The notes beneath the pieces were generated by a model, which saw nothing but the letters and a program-made list of their open reading frames with translations, was not told where the DNA came from and ran no database searches. The position numbers and the translations under genes are program-made. This document shows positions 1-9,901 of a DNA stretch of 64,000 nucleotides, in pieces; position 1 is the stretch's first letter; every line of letters starts with the position of its first letter. Source of the DNA: Prochlorococcus sp. AG-409-L14 (GTDB lineage Bacteria; Cyanobacteriota; Cyanobacteriia; PCC-6307; Cyanobiaceae); assembly GCA_003215545.1 (NCBI GenBank), contig QCKF01000002.1:14276-78275 (forward strand). The letters run 5' to 3'.

Positions 1-195
1 TACTGATTCATAAGTTTTCACTTCTTCTTTTCTATAGGGCAACCATTCTCTTAGTGCCTCATAGGTAAGCCATCTTCCTATCTCTTTTAATCCTGTGGCA
101 TAGAGTGGGGATGGAGTTGTGGCATTGCGAAGCATCGTTAACCAGTGAGCAATTAGTGGGTGTGGAGGTACCACTACCCTTAAAGTCATGGACAT
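1..195 (-). CDS. upp: Uracil phosphoribosyltransferase, N-terminal part (runs off window start)
   Basis: Hand-translated minus strand from ATG at 195: MSMTLRVVVPPHPLIAHWLTMLRNATTPSPLYATGLKEIGRWLTYEALREWLP, typical cyanobacterial Upp N-terminus; absent from ORF track. Confidence 0.9.
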   Translation of the reverse strand, partial: MSMTLRVVVPPHPLIAHWLTMLRNATTPSPLYATGLKEIGRWLTYEALREWLPYRKEEVKTYESV

Positions 196-268
196 GATTT
201 ACGGACAGGCTTTTTTTGCCATAACGTGAATAGACAAATTACTGGCTAGTGGCCTTCTTGGGTAAACA

Positions 269-781
269 ATGTTTTCATCACTCTCTTTTTTGCATCGATT
301 CTTTTCACTAGTTCTCTCTTGTCTTTTTTTACTTTTACTAGTCCTTCCAGCTGATGAGGTTTTGGCTAAGAGGCCTCCCGAGACTAGAAATCAAGAAGAA
401 ATTCAGATTTCGAATGATATGCATGGACAAGATTTGAGCGGTTATGAATTTATTAAAGTTGATTTAAGAGGTGTAGACCTGAGTGGATCAAATTTGCGAG
501 GAGCTGTATTTAATAACAGTAAATTGCAAGGGGCTAATTTAAGAGGAGCAGACCTAAAGGATTTATTGGCATATTCAACTGACTTTGAAGAAGCAGACTT
601 GAGAGACGCAATCTTTACTAATGCTTTGCTTATGGAAAGCAGCTTTAGTAATGCTCTTATTGAAGGAACTGACTTTAGTGATGCAATAGTTAATCGAATA
701 CAGCAAAGGAAACTCTGCTCTAGAGCTGAAGGAACTAATACATCCACAGGTATTGATACAGCTTATAGTCTTGGTTGTTGA
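269..781 (+). CDS. Pentapeptide-repeat protein with signal peptide (likely lumenal)
   Basis: Hydrophobic N-terminus, A(D/N)LxxA repeats, C-terminal LC...T..SLGC. Confidence 0.9.
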   Translation: MFSSLSFLHRFFSLVLSCLFLLLLVLPADEVLAKRPPETRNQEEIQISNDMHGQDLSGYEFIKVDLRGVDLSGSNLRGAVFNNSKLQGANLRGADLKDLLAYSTDFEEADLRDAIFTNALLMESSFSNALIEGTDFSDAIVNRIQQRKLCSRAEGTNTSTGIDTAYSLGC

Positions 782-809
782 TTACTTGTGAATTAATTTA
801 AATTATTTA

Positions 810-1919
810 ATGACTAGAAGACTTCCTGTAACTGTCGTAACTGGCTTTCTAGGGGCTGGTAAAACAACACTTTTACGACATCTATTATCAAATGGATCAC
901 AACGCTTAGCTGTTATGGTCAATGAGTTTGGTGTCATTGGTTTAGATGGTGACTTGATACGAAGTTGTGGATTTTGTTCTGAAGAGGAGTTGGATGGCCG
1001 CATTGTTGAACTTAATAATGGTTGTTTATGTTGCACAGTTCAAGATGATTTCTTGCCAGGAATGGAAAAGTTGCTTTCCTTATCTAATGAATTGGATGGA
1101 ATTATTGTAGAAACTAGTGGTTTGGCTTTACCTAGGCCACTATTACAAGCTATTGATTGGCCTGAGATTAGATCAAAAGTTTATTTAAATGGTGTTGTTA
1201 CGCTGGCTGATGGAGAAGCTCTTTCTTTTGGTAATCCAGTTGGTGATTTATTAGCAATTAAAAAGCAGAGAGAAGATGATAAAAGTCTTGAACATCTTGA
1301 CTCGATTGATGATCTATTTTGTAATCAATTGGAAGCTGCTGATTTGGTTCTTATAAGTAGAGCAGATTGTCTGACAAATAAGGAGATGGATTCAATTAAA
1401 GGAAAATTACAAGAAAAAGTTCGTTCAGGTACTCCTTTGTTACCTATTAGTTTTGGGAATATAGATCCCTCCTTAATACTTGAAATTAATCAATTTGATA
1501 ACCCTTCTCATAAACAATCTAATGATTTAGAGAAAGATTCAACCAACCTAACTCATCTCCATAAGCACGATAACGATCATCATGATGATCATGATCATCA
1601 GCATGTTGAGATTCTTAGCGGGAGTATTCGTCTTGAGATGCCTATTGATAGAGCTTCGCTTGAGGCAATCTTGCCAGAACTAACAGCTCTTAATGAGGTT
1701 GTACGACTTAAAGGGCGTTGTTGGTTGCCTGGAAAACTACTTCCATTGCAAATTCAGATGGTAGGCCCCAGGATTAATACTTGGTTTGAGGAAACCGGCC
1801 AAACAGCATGGAGGCCTGAAACATCAGGTTTGGACCTTATTGTTCTTAGCTTTCGCCCTAATGCAGCTGAGTCAATGGAAAAAGCAATTGAGGCTATTTT
1901 GAGTCCCGAAGATAGATAA
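810..1919 (+). CDS. cobW: CobW/COG0523 metallochaperone GTPase
   Basis: VTVVTGFLGAGKTT, VNEFG, GCLCC, ETSGLA, His-rich linker, RLKG C-terminal domain. Confidence 0.9.
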   Translation: MTRRLPVTVVTGFLGAGKTTLLRHLLSNGSQRLAVMVNEFGVIGLDGDLIRSCGFCSEEELDGRIVELNNGCLCCTVQDDFLPGMEKLLSLSNELDGIIVETSGLALPRPLLQAIDWPEIRSKVYLNGVVTLADGEALSFGNPVGDLLAIKKQREDDKSLEHLDSIDDLFCNQLEAADLVLISRADCLTNKEMDSIKGKLQEKVRSGTPLLPISFGNIDPSLILEINQFDNPSHKQSNDLEKDSTNLTHLHKHDNDHHDDHDHQHVEILSGSIRLEMPIDRASLEAILPELTALNEVVRLKGRCWLPGKLLPLQIQMVGPRINTWFEETGQTAWRPETSGLDLIVLSFRPNAAESMEKAIEAILSPEDR

Positions 1920-2194
1920 TTAATTTTCAATGTGAATTGAAGCCTTTCTAGTTTCTAGAGCCACTTTCCCAAGCATGTTTTTGTTAAGGCTGACTTTTGT
2001 CATTTCTTGATTTGAAATATATGGCAATCATTTGTTGATAGATGACTGATTTTCTTTCTTTTTAAGGACTAACAATAAAAAATTCTGGAAGAATTAGCCT
2101 TTTTATGGGCTACTTGTCAACATTTGACGCAGAATGGTTGTGCTTTTGCAATTTTGAGGCATTTTTTAAGAAATTAAGAAGTTGCCTTTCTTAA

Positions 2195-2407
2195 TTGCTC
2201 CTCTTTCCCAAAATGGATAGAGTCTCTGTGACTTCCTCTCTCTCTCAGGCCAAAATCAGTTTTCAAGCCAAGTCTCAACTTGGCAATTACAGGAAAATTA
2301 TTACTTGCTCTCATTGTGGAGGCAATGGCTACATGAAAACTACACCTAATTGCTATCATACCTGCTTGAATTGTCTGGGAAGGGGTTTTACTTCATCTAC
2401 TAGCTAA
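2195..2407 (+). CDS. Small protein with DnaJ-type zinc-finger repeats
   Basis: CSHCGGNG and CLNCLGRG (two CxxCxGxG); true start probably the later ATG. Confidence 0.7.
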   Translation: MLLFPKMDRVSVTSSLSQAKISFQAKSQLGNYRKIITCSHCGGNGYMKTTPNCYHTCLNCLGRGFTSSTS

Positions 2408-2519
2408 TCCAAAGTATTTTGAAAAATAAAATTTGCTATTAGTATCTCAATTTTCACTTAAATTATAAATGATATTATAATTATTATTTACTCAAGTCAA
2501 TTAATTCCTAAAGAGAAAC

Positions 2520-2777
2520 GTGCCAAATTTTCAAGCCCGAGTATTAGTTAATCTGCGACCCTCTGTTCTAGATCCAGCTGGTGAGGCCGCCAGGTCTGCT
2601 GCAAATCGACTAGGGGTTAAAGGAATTTCAAAACTCAGGATTGGTAAGGCTATTGAGTTAGTTATTGAGGCACCAAATGAACAAGAGGCTCGAAAAAAGG
2701 TTGAGTTACTAAGTGACAGGCTCCTTGCTAACCCTGTCATTGAGGATTGGAACTTTGAAATTCAATCTATTAAATAA
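2520..2777 (+). CDS. purS: Phosphoribosylformylglycinamidine synthase subunit PurS
   Basis: LRPSVLDPAG, RIGK, LLANPVIE; adjacent to purQ. Confidence 0.97.
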   Translation: MPNFQARVLVNLRPSVLDPAGEAARSAANRLGVKGISKLRIGKAIELVIEAPNEQEARKKVELLSDRLLANPVIEDWNFEIQSIK

Positions 2778-2798
2778 TCTCTAACAAATGTTCTAAAC

Positions 2799-3461
2799 AT
2801 GTCAAATACTATTGGTGTTGTAGTTTTTCCTGGATCTAATTGTGATAGGGATGTTGCATGGGCTATAGAAGGTTGTCTTGGATTTAAGGCTCGATATTTA
2901 TGGCATGAATCAACAGATTTAACTGGGTTAGAAGCTGTGATATTACCAGGTGGATTTAGCTACGGAGATTACCTTCGCTGTGGAGCAATTGCTCGCTTTG
3001 CGCCTGTATTAGAGTCTCTACTCAAATTTGTGAACGATGGAGGAAAAGTTTTAGGTATTTGTAATGGGTTTCAAGTTTTAACTGAACTTGGTTTATTGCC
3101 TGGTGCTTTAACACGTAATAGTGGCTTACATTTTATATGTGACTCTGTACCTTTAAGAGTTACAAGTGAACGGACTACTTGGCTTAAGGCTTATAAGATT
3201 GGTGAATTAATTGAATTACCTATAGCTCATGGAGAAGGTAGGTATCAATGCAGCCAAGAAACATTATTCAAACTTCAAGATGAAGACTCAATTGCTTTGA
3301 GGTATTGTGATAATCCCAATGGTTCAATTTATGATATTGCTGGTATTACAAACAAGCAGGGAAATGTTTTTGGATTAATGCCCCATCCAGAGAGAGCTAT
3401 TGATCCGGTATTGGGAGGTTTAGATGGCAAGCTAATACTCAAATCTTTGTTAGGAGTATAG
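2799..3461 (+). CDS. purQ: Phosphoribosylformylglycinamidine synthase subunit PurQ
   Basis: [36 protein letters not shown]. Confidence 0.97.
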   Translation: MSNTIGVVVFPGSNCDRDVAWAIEGCLGFKARYLWHESTDLTGLEAVILPGGFSYGDYLRCGAIARFAPVLESLLKFVNDGGKVLGICNGFQVLTELGLLPGALTRNSGLHFICDSVPLRVTSERTTWLKAYKIGELIELPIAHGEGRYQCSQETLFKLQDEDSIALRYCDNPNGSIYDIAGITNKQGNVFGLMPHPERAIDPVLGGLDGKLILKSLLGV

Positions 3462-3471
3462 GATTTTGTAT

Positions 3472-3506
3472 AAAAAAAGGGTGGTTTTTATACCACCCTT
3501 TTTTTT
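3472..3506. terminator. Bidirectional intrinsic terminator between convergent purQ and fba
   Basis: A7-GGGTGGT-ttttat-ACCACCC-T8 perfect inverted repeat. Confidence 0.9.
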
Positions 3507-3513
3507 AACTTAG

Positions 3514-4587
3514 TCAGGCTTTTATAGCTGTCTTAGGATCTAATTGGCCTTTTGAATAAAGCCCAGCATAGTAATTGATACTTTGTTGTTTGATTTTGCT
3601 CGCTTGCCCAGCACACCAGAACTGTTGGTAACGATCTAAACAAACCTGCTTCATGTATTTACGTGCAGGCTTATTGAAGTGTCTAGGGTCAAAGTTTGTT
3701 GGATCTGCAACTGCAGCTTCTCTTACAGCTGCAGTAAAGGCTAGTCGATTGTCAGTATCAATATTGACTTTCCTAACCCCATTCCTGATACCTTCTTGAA
3801 TTTCTTCAACAGGAACACCATATGTTTCTGGGATTGCTCCCCCATGCTTGTTGATCATGTCAAGCCATTCTTGTGGCACAGAGCTAGAGCCATGCATAAC
3901 AAGATGAGTATTTGGTAGTGCTTTATGTATTTCTGCAATTCTGCTAATTGCAAGAACCTCTCCTGTGGGCTTTCTTGTGAATTTATAAGCTCCGTGACTT
4001 GTTCCAATAGCTATTGCTAATGCGTCGACTTTTGTTTTGGCTACAAAGTCAGCAGCTTCTGCTGGATCCGTTAGGAGCATATCCTTTGAAAGCTCACCTT
4101 CGAAGCCATGTCCATCTTCTGCTTCACCTTTACCTGTCTCTAAAGAACCTAAGCAACCAAGTTCTCCTTCAACACTGACGCCAACTGAATGGGCAAAGTC
4201 CACTACGGTTTTGGTTACATTTACGTTGTATTCGTAACTTGCAGGGGTCTTTGCATCAGCTTCTAATGATCCATCCATCATTACTGAAGTAAATCCATTA
4301 ATTGCTGCTGAGTAGCAAGTAGAAGGTTCATTGCCATGATCCTGGTGCATAACAACTGGAATATTTGGATAAGTCTCTGTAGCGGCAATGATTAGATGAC
4401 GTAGAAAAATTTCTCCTGCATAGCTTCTCGCACCTCTTGATGCTTGAAGTATTACTGGGCTGTCAGTCTCTGAGGCAGCCTCCATAATTGCTTGAACCTG
4501 CTCAAGGTTATTGACGTTGAAGGCTGGTATTCCATAACCATTTTCAGCGGCATGGTCTAGTAGAAGCCTTAGAGGAACAAGGGCCAT
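3514..4587 (-). CDS. fba: Fructose-bisphosphate aldolase class II (Calvin-cycle type)
   Basis: [40 protein letters not shown]. Confidence 0.97.
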   Translation of the reverse strand: MALVPLRLLLDHAAENGYGIPAFNVNNLEQVQAIMEAASETDSPVILQASRGARSYAGEIFLRHLIIAATETYPNIPVVMHQDHGNEPSTCYSAAINGFTSVMMDGSLEADAKTPASYEYNVNVTKTVVDFAHSVGVSVEGELGCLGSLETGKGEAEDGHGFEGELSKDMLLTDPAEAADFVAKTKVDALAIAIGTSHGAYKFTRKPTGEVLAISRIAEIHKALPNTHLVMHGSSSVPQEWLDMINKHGGAIPETYGVPVEEIQEGIRNGVRKVNIDTDNRLAFTAAVREAAVADPTNFDPRHFNKPARKYMKQVCLDRYQQFWCAGQASKIKQQSINYYAGLYSKGQLDPKTAIKA

Positions 4588-4622
4588 GGAGTTCTCCGAA
4601 GTGACAAGATGACCCAGTACTT

Positions 4623-4650
4623 AAAAAAAGACCCGGGCCTAGGGCCCAGG
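4623..4650 (-). terminator. Intrinsic-terminator-like hairpin between class I and class II aldolase genes
   Basis: Minus strand CCTGGGCC-cta-GGCCCGGG-TC-T7. Confidence 0.65.
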
Positions 4651-4680
4651 ACTGTAAAAGATCGAGGTAAGAAATGTCAC
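4651..4680 (-). promoter_or_regulatory. Putative sigma70-type promoter of class II fba
   Basis: Minus strand GTGACA (4680-4675), 18-nt spacer, TACAGT (4656-4651). Confidence 0.45.
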
Positions 4681-4763
4681 CTATCTTTGAAGCATCAATG
4701 GCGTTTTTAAGTCAAAAATTTAGAAATTGAAGGATATAACTACTTTTTTGGTCATTGCTTACG

Positions 4764-5831
4764 TTAATAGGTATAACCGGCTACGAACAATGCTTCATCT
4801 GAAGAAGGCTGTGAGCCTGGAGTATAGAGACCTCTCGAAGCCTCTGAATTAGCTTGCGCCCTTGCTTTGAGTGCTTTTTGGCCTTCGATCAGGTTTTCTC
4901 CTTTCCAAGCTTTTAAGCATGAATGCTGCAAGGCTCTTCCATAGGAGAAAGAGACGTTCCATTTAGCTTTGCGTTCAGTTTTGTTCATTAAGTTCAAGTA
5001 AACCGATGCAGCTTCTTCACTAAGACCCCCTGAGAGAAAAACAATTCCTGGAACACTTGCTGGAACTGAGCGTTCCATCGTTTGAATTGTTATTTTAGCG
5101 ACTTCATCTGGTGTTGACTTTGCTGGGCAATCAGCACCTTGAACAGTCATTGACGGCTTAAGAAGCGTTCCCTCTAGGAGCACTCCATTTGTTTGGCATG
5201 CCATATAAACCTCTTTAATGACTTCCTCCTGAACTGCTGCAGTGCGTTTTATGTCATGTGAGCCATCCATCAGTATTTCAGGCTCGATAATTGGAACTAG
5301 CCCAGACTCTTGGACAGCTCTGGCATATCTCGCTAGCCCCCAAGCATTTTCTTTTACTGAAAGTTTGGATGGGCAGCCAGATTCTGTTATTTGTAAAACA
5401 GCCCGCCATTTTGCAAAGCGTGCTCCTTGTGCGTAGTAGTCAGCAGCTCTTTCTACTAGCCCATCTAGGCCTGAGCAAAGAGTTTCTACATCATTTGCAC
5501 CTGGAAGTGGTCGCAAACCTTTATCGACTTTTATTCCTGGCACTATTCCCAGCTTTTCCAACTTCTTCACCATTGGTTCTCCATCTTGGTGACTTTGAAA
5601 GAGTGTTTCTTCGAATAGAATTGCTCCACTTATGTATTCACCTAAACCACTTGTCGTAAAGAGCATGCCTCTATAAGCCTTCCTGTTCTCTTCAGTATTT
5701 TCTACACCTATAGAAGCCAGTCTTTTCCCAACGGTTTTCGTTGACTCATCTACTGCAAGAATTCCTTTGCCGGGCTGGGCTAAAGCAGAAGCTGTCTTTT
5801 TAAGTTGTTCAGAGTAATAGTGCAGGGTCAT
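4764..5831 (-). CDS. Fructose-bisphosphate aldolase class I (eukaryote/plastid-like)
   Basis: GKGILAVDES, GIKVDKG, FAKWRAV, PIIEPE, GTLLKPSM (Schiff-base Lys), FLSGG, FSYGRALQ, terminal Tyr. Confidence 0.95.
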   Translation of the reverse strand: MTLHYYSEQLKKTASALAQPGKGILAVDESTKTVGKRLASIGVENTEENRKAYRGMLFTTSGLGEYISGAILFEETLFQSHQDGEPMVKKLEKLGIVPGIKVDKGLRPLPGANDVETLCSGLDGLVERAADYYAQGARFAKWRAVLQITESGCPSKLSVKENAWGLARYARAVQESGLVPIIEPEILMDGSHDIKRTAAVQEEVIKEVYMACQTNGVLLEGTLLKPSMTVQGADCPAKSTPDEVAKITIQTMERSVPASVPGIVFLSGGLSEEAASVYLNLMNKTERKAKWNVSFSYGRALQHSCLKAWKGENLIEGQKALKARAQANSEASRGLYTPGSQPSSDEALFVAGYTY

Positions 5832-6003
5832 TTTTATAAGAGAATTCGATCAAGATCTTTTCAGGGCAATCTCCTTATGAATGGCTATTGGTTACTTATT
5901 CCCGTATAAAATTTCACCATTAGGACTTTAAAAAGAAACCCCATCTAGATATTTACTTTTTATCCAGTGTTGGCTTATTGATTTTATTTTGATTTGGCTG
6001 AAA

Positions 6004-7119
6004 CTAAATTCTAATTCTTTGACTAGAAAAATGGGATTCTTTTAATTTATCACATATTACTTGACTATTAAATCCTTCTGCTAGGCCTGGTATTACTGGG
6101 CTATTATTATTAATACTATTTGCCCACCAACTTTGCAATCTAGCAACTGGTGCGATTCGCCCATCCGCCCATATTCTTTCAAAACCAAGATCTGAATCAG
6201 GGGAGACTGGTCTTAGTTTTTCTCCTGCCTTTGCTACCCAAAGATTAAAACCATGTACATAATCTTTTTGATTATCACTTCCTATTAATATCGTCCCTTG
6301 GCTCCCATAAATTTCTATCCAACAGCCACGTCCTTCTCGTGATGTTGAGCTCAAAGTTACCTGAGCAGGCACTAAGCTACCATCATTTTGATTTTTTATT
6401 TGCAATTGAGCTAATGCAATATCTTCACTGTTGACTTCCTTAAATACATCAAAATCATTATTTATAGGGCGAGATTTTATAGAAGTTGATAATAAGCCCG
6501 AAACACTAATTGTTGGCCCAATTAGCCAATTTAAAATGTCAAAAGCATGCGTACCTAAGGCTCCGATAACACCTCCACCAGCTTCAGATTGCGAGTACCA
6601 ATTCCAGTTCCTTTTTGTGTCAGCACGACTGCTCATTATCCAATCAAACTTTATCAACCATGGCTTTCCTATGAAATCTTCAGTAAGAATCCGCTTCGCT
6701 TGCATAAATAAAGGCACTGCTCTGTATTCAAAATCAACGGCAACTGACAAATTATTATTAATAGAAACTCGGTGTAAGTTTTGGATCTCTTCGGAGGTAA
6801 GAGCAACTGGCTTTTCTAAAAGAAGGTGCTTGCCAGCATTAAGTGCTTCCAGAGCCAATTTGTAACGCACATTTGGAGGCGTAGCAATAATAATTCCTTT
6901 GATATTTGGATTTTCAAGAAGTTCTGCCCATTCTTGATACCCTTTTAGATTCTCTTCCTTGCAAGTTCTTTCTAGCCGCTTATAACTTGGATGCCAAATC
7001 GCAACGGGTTTTAGAGTTGTATTTGATCTTGCTGCAGGAAGGTGTACTAGTTCACCAAAACCAAGACCTGCTATTGCAATCTCAATAGATTTTTCTTTAT
7101 CCATTTGATTATTTGTCAA
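6004..7119 (-). CDS. Gfo/Idh/MocA family oxidoreductase
   Basis: GLGFG, IATPP, KHLLLEKP, GGGVIGALGTH. Confidence 0.9.
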   Translation of the reverse strand: MTNNQMDKEKSIEIAIAGLGFGELVHLPAARSNTTLKPVAIWHPSYKRLERTCKEENLKGYQEWAELLENPNIKGIIIATPPNVRYKLALEALNAGKHLLLEKPVALTSEEIQNLHRVSINNNLSVAVDFEYRAVPLFMQAKRILTEDFIGKPWLIKFDWIMSSRADTKRNWNWYSQSEAGGGVIGALGTHAFDILNWLIGPTISVSGLLSTSIKSRPINNDFDVFKEVNSEDIALAQLQIKNQNDGSLVPAQVTLSSTSREGRGCWIEIYGSQGTILIGSDNQKDYVHGFNLWVAKAGEKLRPVSPDSDLGFERIWADGRIAPVARLQSWWANSINNNSPVIPGLAEGFNSQVICDKLKESHFSSQRIRI

Positions 7120-7252
7120 GATAAGATTGTGTAATCAGTGGGTTGATAAGTTCATAATCCATAGGGCATTCCTATTGATCGTATGTCTGAGGATGTTTGC
7201 TCATTGTGATCTCTTTATAAGTTAGCTGCTTGAAATCAATTTTCATTAATTA

Positions 7253-8131
7253 TTACTTATGCTTTTCAATTGACTTGCATCCATGGAGATTTAATAGTGA
7301 TGAAAGTGTTGTTTTAAGTTTTGTTCTGGGTACAATTGTGTCAACAAAGCCATGTTCTTGAAGGTATTCAGCTGTTTGGAAATTCTCTGGCAATTTCTCT
7401 CGTAGTGTTTGTTCAATTACTCTTCTTCCTGCAAAACCAATTAGAGCTTTTGGTTCGGCAAGGATAAGGTCTCCAAGCATTGCAAAGCTAGCTGTGACAC
7501 CTCCTGTTGTTGGATGAGTAAGAAGTGGCATGTATAGAAGTCCTGCTTCTCGATGTCTTTTTAAAGCTCCGGAAATTTTTGCCATTTGCATAAGGCTTAA
7601 CATTCCTTCTTGCATTCGTGCTCCTCCAGAAGCGCAAACAATCAACAATGCAATCTTTTCTGAAGTTGCCCTCTCTATAAGTCTTGTAATCTTTTCACCT
7701 ACCACTGAACCCATAGATCCGCCCATAAAACGGAAGTCCATAACTGCCAGAGCAAGATGAAATGATTCAACTAGGCATAAGCCAGTCACAACCCCATCTT
7801 TCATTCCTGTATTTGCCTGACTTTCTCTTAAACGGTCTGCATAGGCTCTTCGATCTTTAAAGCCCAGAGGATCTGTTGGGCTTAGCTCTATATCCAAAGC
7901 TTGAAAACTTCCAGGATTAGCGATTAGACCAATCCTCTCTTCACTGTTTATTCGATTGTGGTATCCACAGTTGCTACAAACATTTGCGTTTGCCACCAAG
8001 TCTTTTCTGTAGACAACTTGACCACATTCAGGACACTTTCCCCACAGTCCGTCGCCTTCCTCACCCTCTTGGACTACTTTCCCTACGAACTGACCTTTGC
8101 GACGGTCTGCGAACCAATCGAATAACGACAC
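7253..8131 (-). CDS. accD: Acetyl-CoA carboxylase carboxyltransferase beta subunit
   Basis: CPEC..CSNC zinc finger, [28 protein letters not shown]. Confidence 0.97.
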   Translation of the reverse strand: MSLFDWFADRRKGQFVGKVVQEGEEGDGLWGKCPECGQVVYRKDLVANANVCSNCGYHNRINSEERIGLIANPGSFQALDIELSPTDPLGFKDRRAYADRLRESQANTGMKDGVVTGLCLVESFHLALAVMDFRFMGGSMGSVVGEKITRLIERATSEKIALLIVCASGGARMQEGMLSLMQMAKISGALKRHREAGLLYMPLLTHPTTGGVTASFAMLGDLILAEPKALIGFAGRRVIEQTLREKLPENFQTAEYLQEHGFVDTIVPRTKLKTTLSSLLNLHGCKSIEKHK

Positions 8132-8153
8132 AGGATCAAATGATTTAAGAACA

Positions 8154-8798
8154 TTAATGACCTAGAAGGTTTTGCCATAAATGCCACCACCAGCTAGGTC
8201 CAGTGAGCCAAGCTCCCCATATCCCTATGCTAATGAAAGGTGCAAAGGGAAAAGTTTGCAGTGGTTTTAGTTTTCCACTTATTAGGCCTACTAAGCTTAT
8301 AGCTCCAGCAAATATAAATGAAAGGGCTATCGCAGTTACTACACCTTTAATACCAAGCCAGGCTCCTCCCATTGCAAATAGTTTTGCATCGCCTAGTCCT
8401 AATACTTCCTTCCTAAGGTATTTAAATGAGAGTTTGCTCAAACCTTCCATGCATATTAATGAAAGAAAACATGCTGATAAATATTCAATGAAAGCAGAGT
8501 TACCCTTTTCAATTTCTATAATATAAATAGGAATTAAGTTGACAATAAAACCAATAAAAATTCCTAAATAACAGATTTTTAGAGGTATAACCATCCTTTG
8601 AGCATCTACCATTGAAATGTTTAATAATAGAATAGCTAGAGGTATGCTAGAAGATATAAATCTAAATCTAGAAGTCTCTATTATTCCTGCTGGGATAGTA
8701 AATGCAAAATAAAATGCAATGATGATCCCCAATAAATAATAATAGCTTGTTGTTGAATCTAATGTTTTCCGTACTAACGAGTTTAAGCTATCACTCAT
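8154..8798 (-). CDS. Type IV prepilin peptidase-like protein (A24)
   Basis: Polytopic membrane protein with VD....IP, GLGDAKL and PFAPFI motifs. Confidence 0.8.
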   Translation of the reverse strand: MSDSLNSLVRKTLDSTTSYYYLLGIIIAFYFAFTIPAGIIETSRFRFISSSIPLAILLLNISMVDAQRMVIPLKICYLGIFIGFIVNLIPIYIIEIEKGNSAFIEYLSACFLSLICMEGLSKLSFKYLRKEVLGLGDAKLFAMGGAWLGIKGVVTAIALSFIFAGAISLVGLISGKLKPLQTFPFAPFISIGIWGAWLTGPSWWWHLWQNLLGH

Positions 8799-8908
8799 TA
8801 TCTAATAAGTTTTATCATGAAGTCCTATGTTTGTCTCAGAAAGAGGTCGACTACCTAAGCCTGGCAAAGCTTGAGAGTTTATAAAAAATATATCTTCTTG
8901 AATTAGTA

Positions 8909-9811
8909 TTATTTTGAATTTTTCTTTTCTTCTATCATTTTATGAATGATAGGTGTAAGAATTAGTTCCATTGCAAAACCCATTTTACCACCATTAACTA
9001 CAATACTTGTTGGACTTGACATGAATGAATCATGAATCATTCCTAAAAGGTAGCTGAAGTCAATTCCCCATTTTTCCCTGGCTCCTTTTCTAAAGTGAAT
9101 GATTACAAAACTTTCATCTGGTGTAGGTATATTTCTGCAGATAAATGGATTCGATGTATCTATAGTAGGTACTCTTTGGAAGTTTATGTCTGTACGGCTA
9201 AATTGAGGACAAATATGGTTTATATAATCTGGCATCCTTCTAAGGATTGTATCTACGATTGTTTCCGCTGAATAACCTCTTTCTGCATTATCTCTATGGA
9301 TTTTTTGTATCCATTCTAGATTAGTTATAGGAACTACTCCTACTAATAGATCTGCAGCAGCAGCTACGTCATATCCATCACCTACCACACCTCCGTGGAG
9401 GCCTTCATAAAACAAAAGGTCAGTTCCACTAGGTATGTCTTCCCATGGAGTGAATTCTCCAGGGGAAAGACTTGTGCCCAACCTCGTGTTGTGTTCTTCT
9501 GCTTCTTCCGGGCTATGTAAGTAATAACGTTTTTGACCACTCCCTGATTTCCCGTATGTTTGGAACAGTTCCTCAAGTTTGTCAAACAGATTTGCTTCAG
9601 GACCAAAGTGGGAGAAATTTTCCCCTTTTGATAAGGCTTCAGCCATTGCTTCTTTCATTGGCAGCCTTTCAAAACGGTGATAGCTATCCCCTTCAACCAC
9701 TGCAGGAACAATGTTCTCGCGGGCAAAGATATGCTCGAAGGCTCTTTTTACGGTACTTGTACCAGCTCCTGAAGAACCAGTAACTGCTACAACAGGGTGA
9801 CGCTTCGACAT
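8909..9811 (-). CDS. prk: Phosphoribulokinase
   Basis: VTGSSGAGT, EGDSYH, YEGLHG, NLEWIQK, RRMPDY, FQRVP. Confidence 0.96.
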   Translation of the reverse strand: MSKRHPVVAVTGSSGAGTSTVKRAFEHIFARENIVPAVVEGDSYHRFERLPMKEAMAEALSKGENFSHFGPEANLFDKLEELFQTYGKSGSGQKRYYLHSPEEAEEHNTRLGTSLSPGEFTPWEDIPSGTDLLFYEGLHGGVVGDGYDVAAAADLLVGVVPITNLEWIQKIHRDNAERGYSAETIVDTILRRMPDYINHICPQFSRTDINFQRVPTIDTSNPFICRNIPTPDESFVIIHFRKGAREKWGIDFSYLLGMIHDSFMSSPTSIVVNGGKMGFAMELILTPIIHKMIEEKKNSK

Positions 9812-9901
9812 CGACGCTTAATATTCAAGTTCTGCGATTTTGGCAGGTCGCCTGCCCCTAATGTTAAGAAGGTATTAATAGGGAAACTATTTCTGCTTGT
9901 T

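Noticed and set aside
1918..2025. Approximately 35-codon minus-strand ORF (TTG start, MPYISNQEMTKV...) after cobW
   Set aside because: Short, no motif or SD; cannot be supported without conservation data
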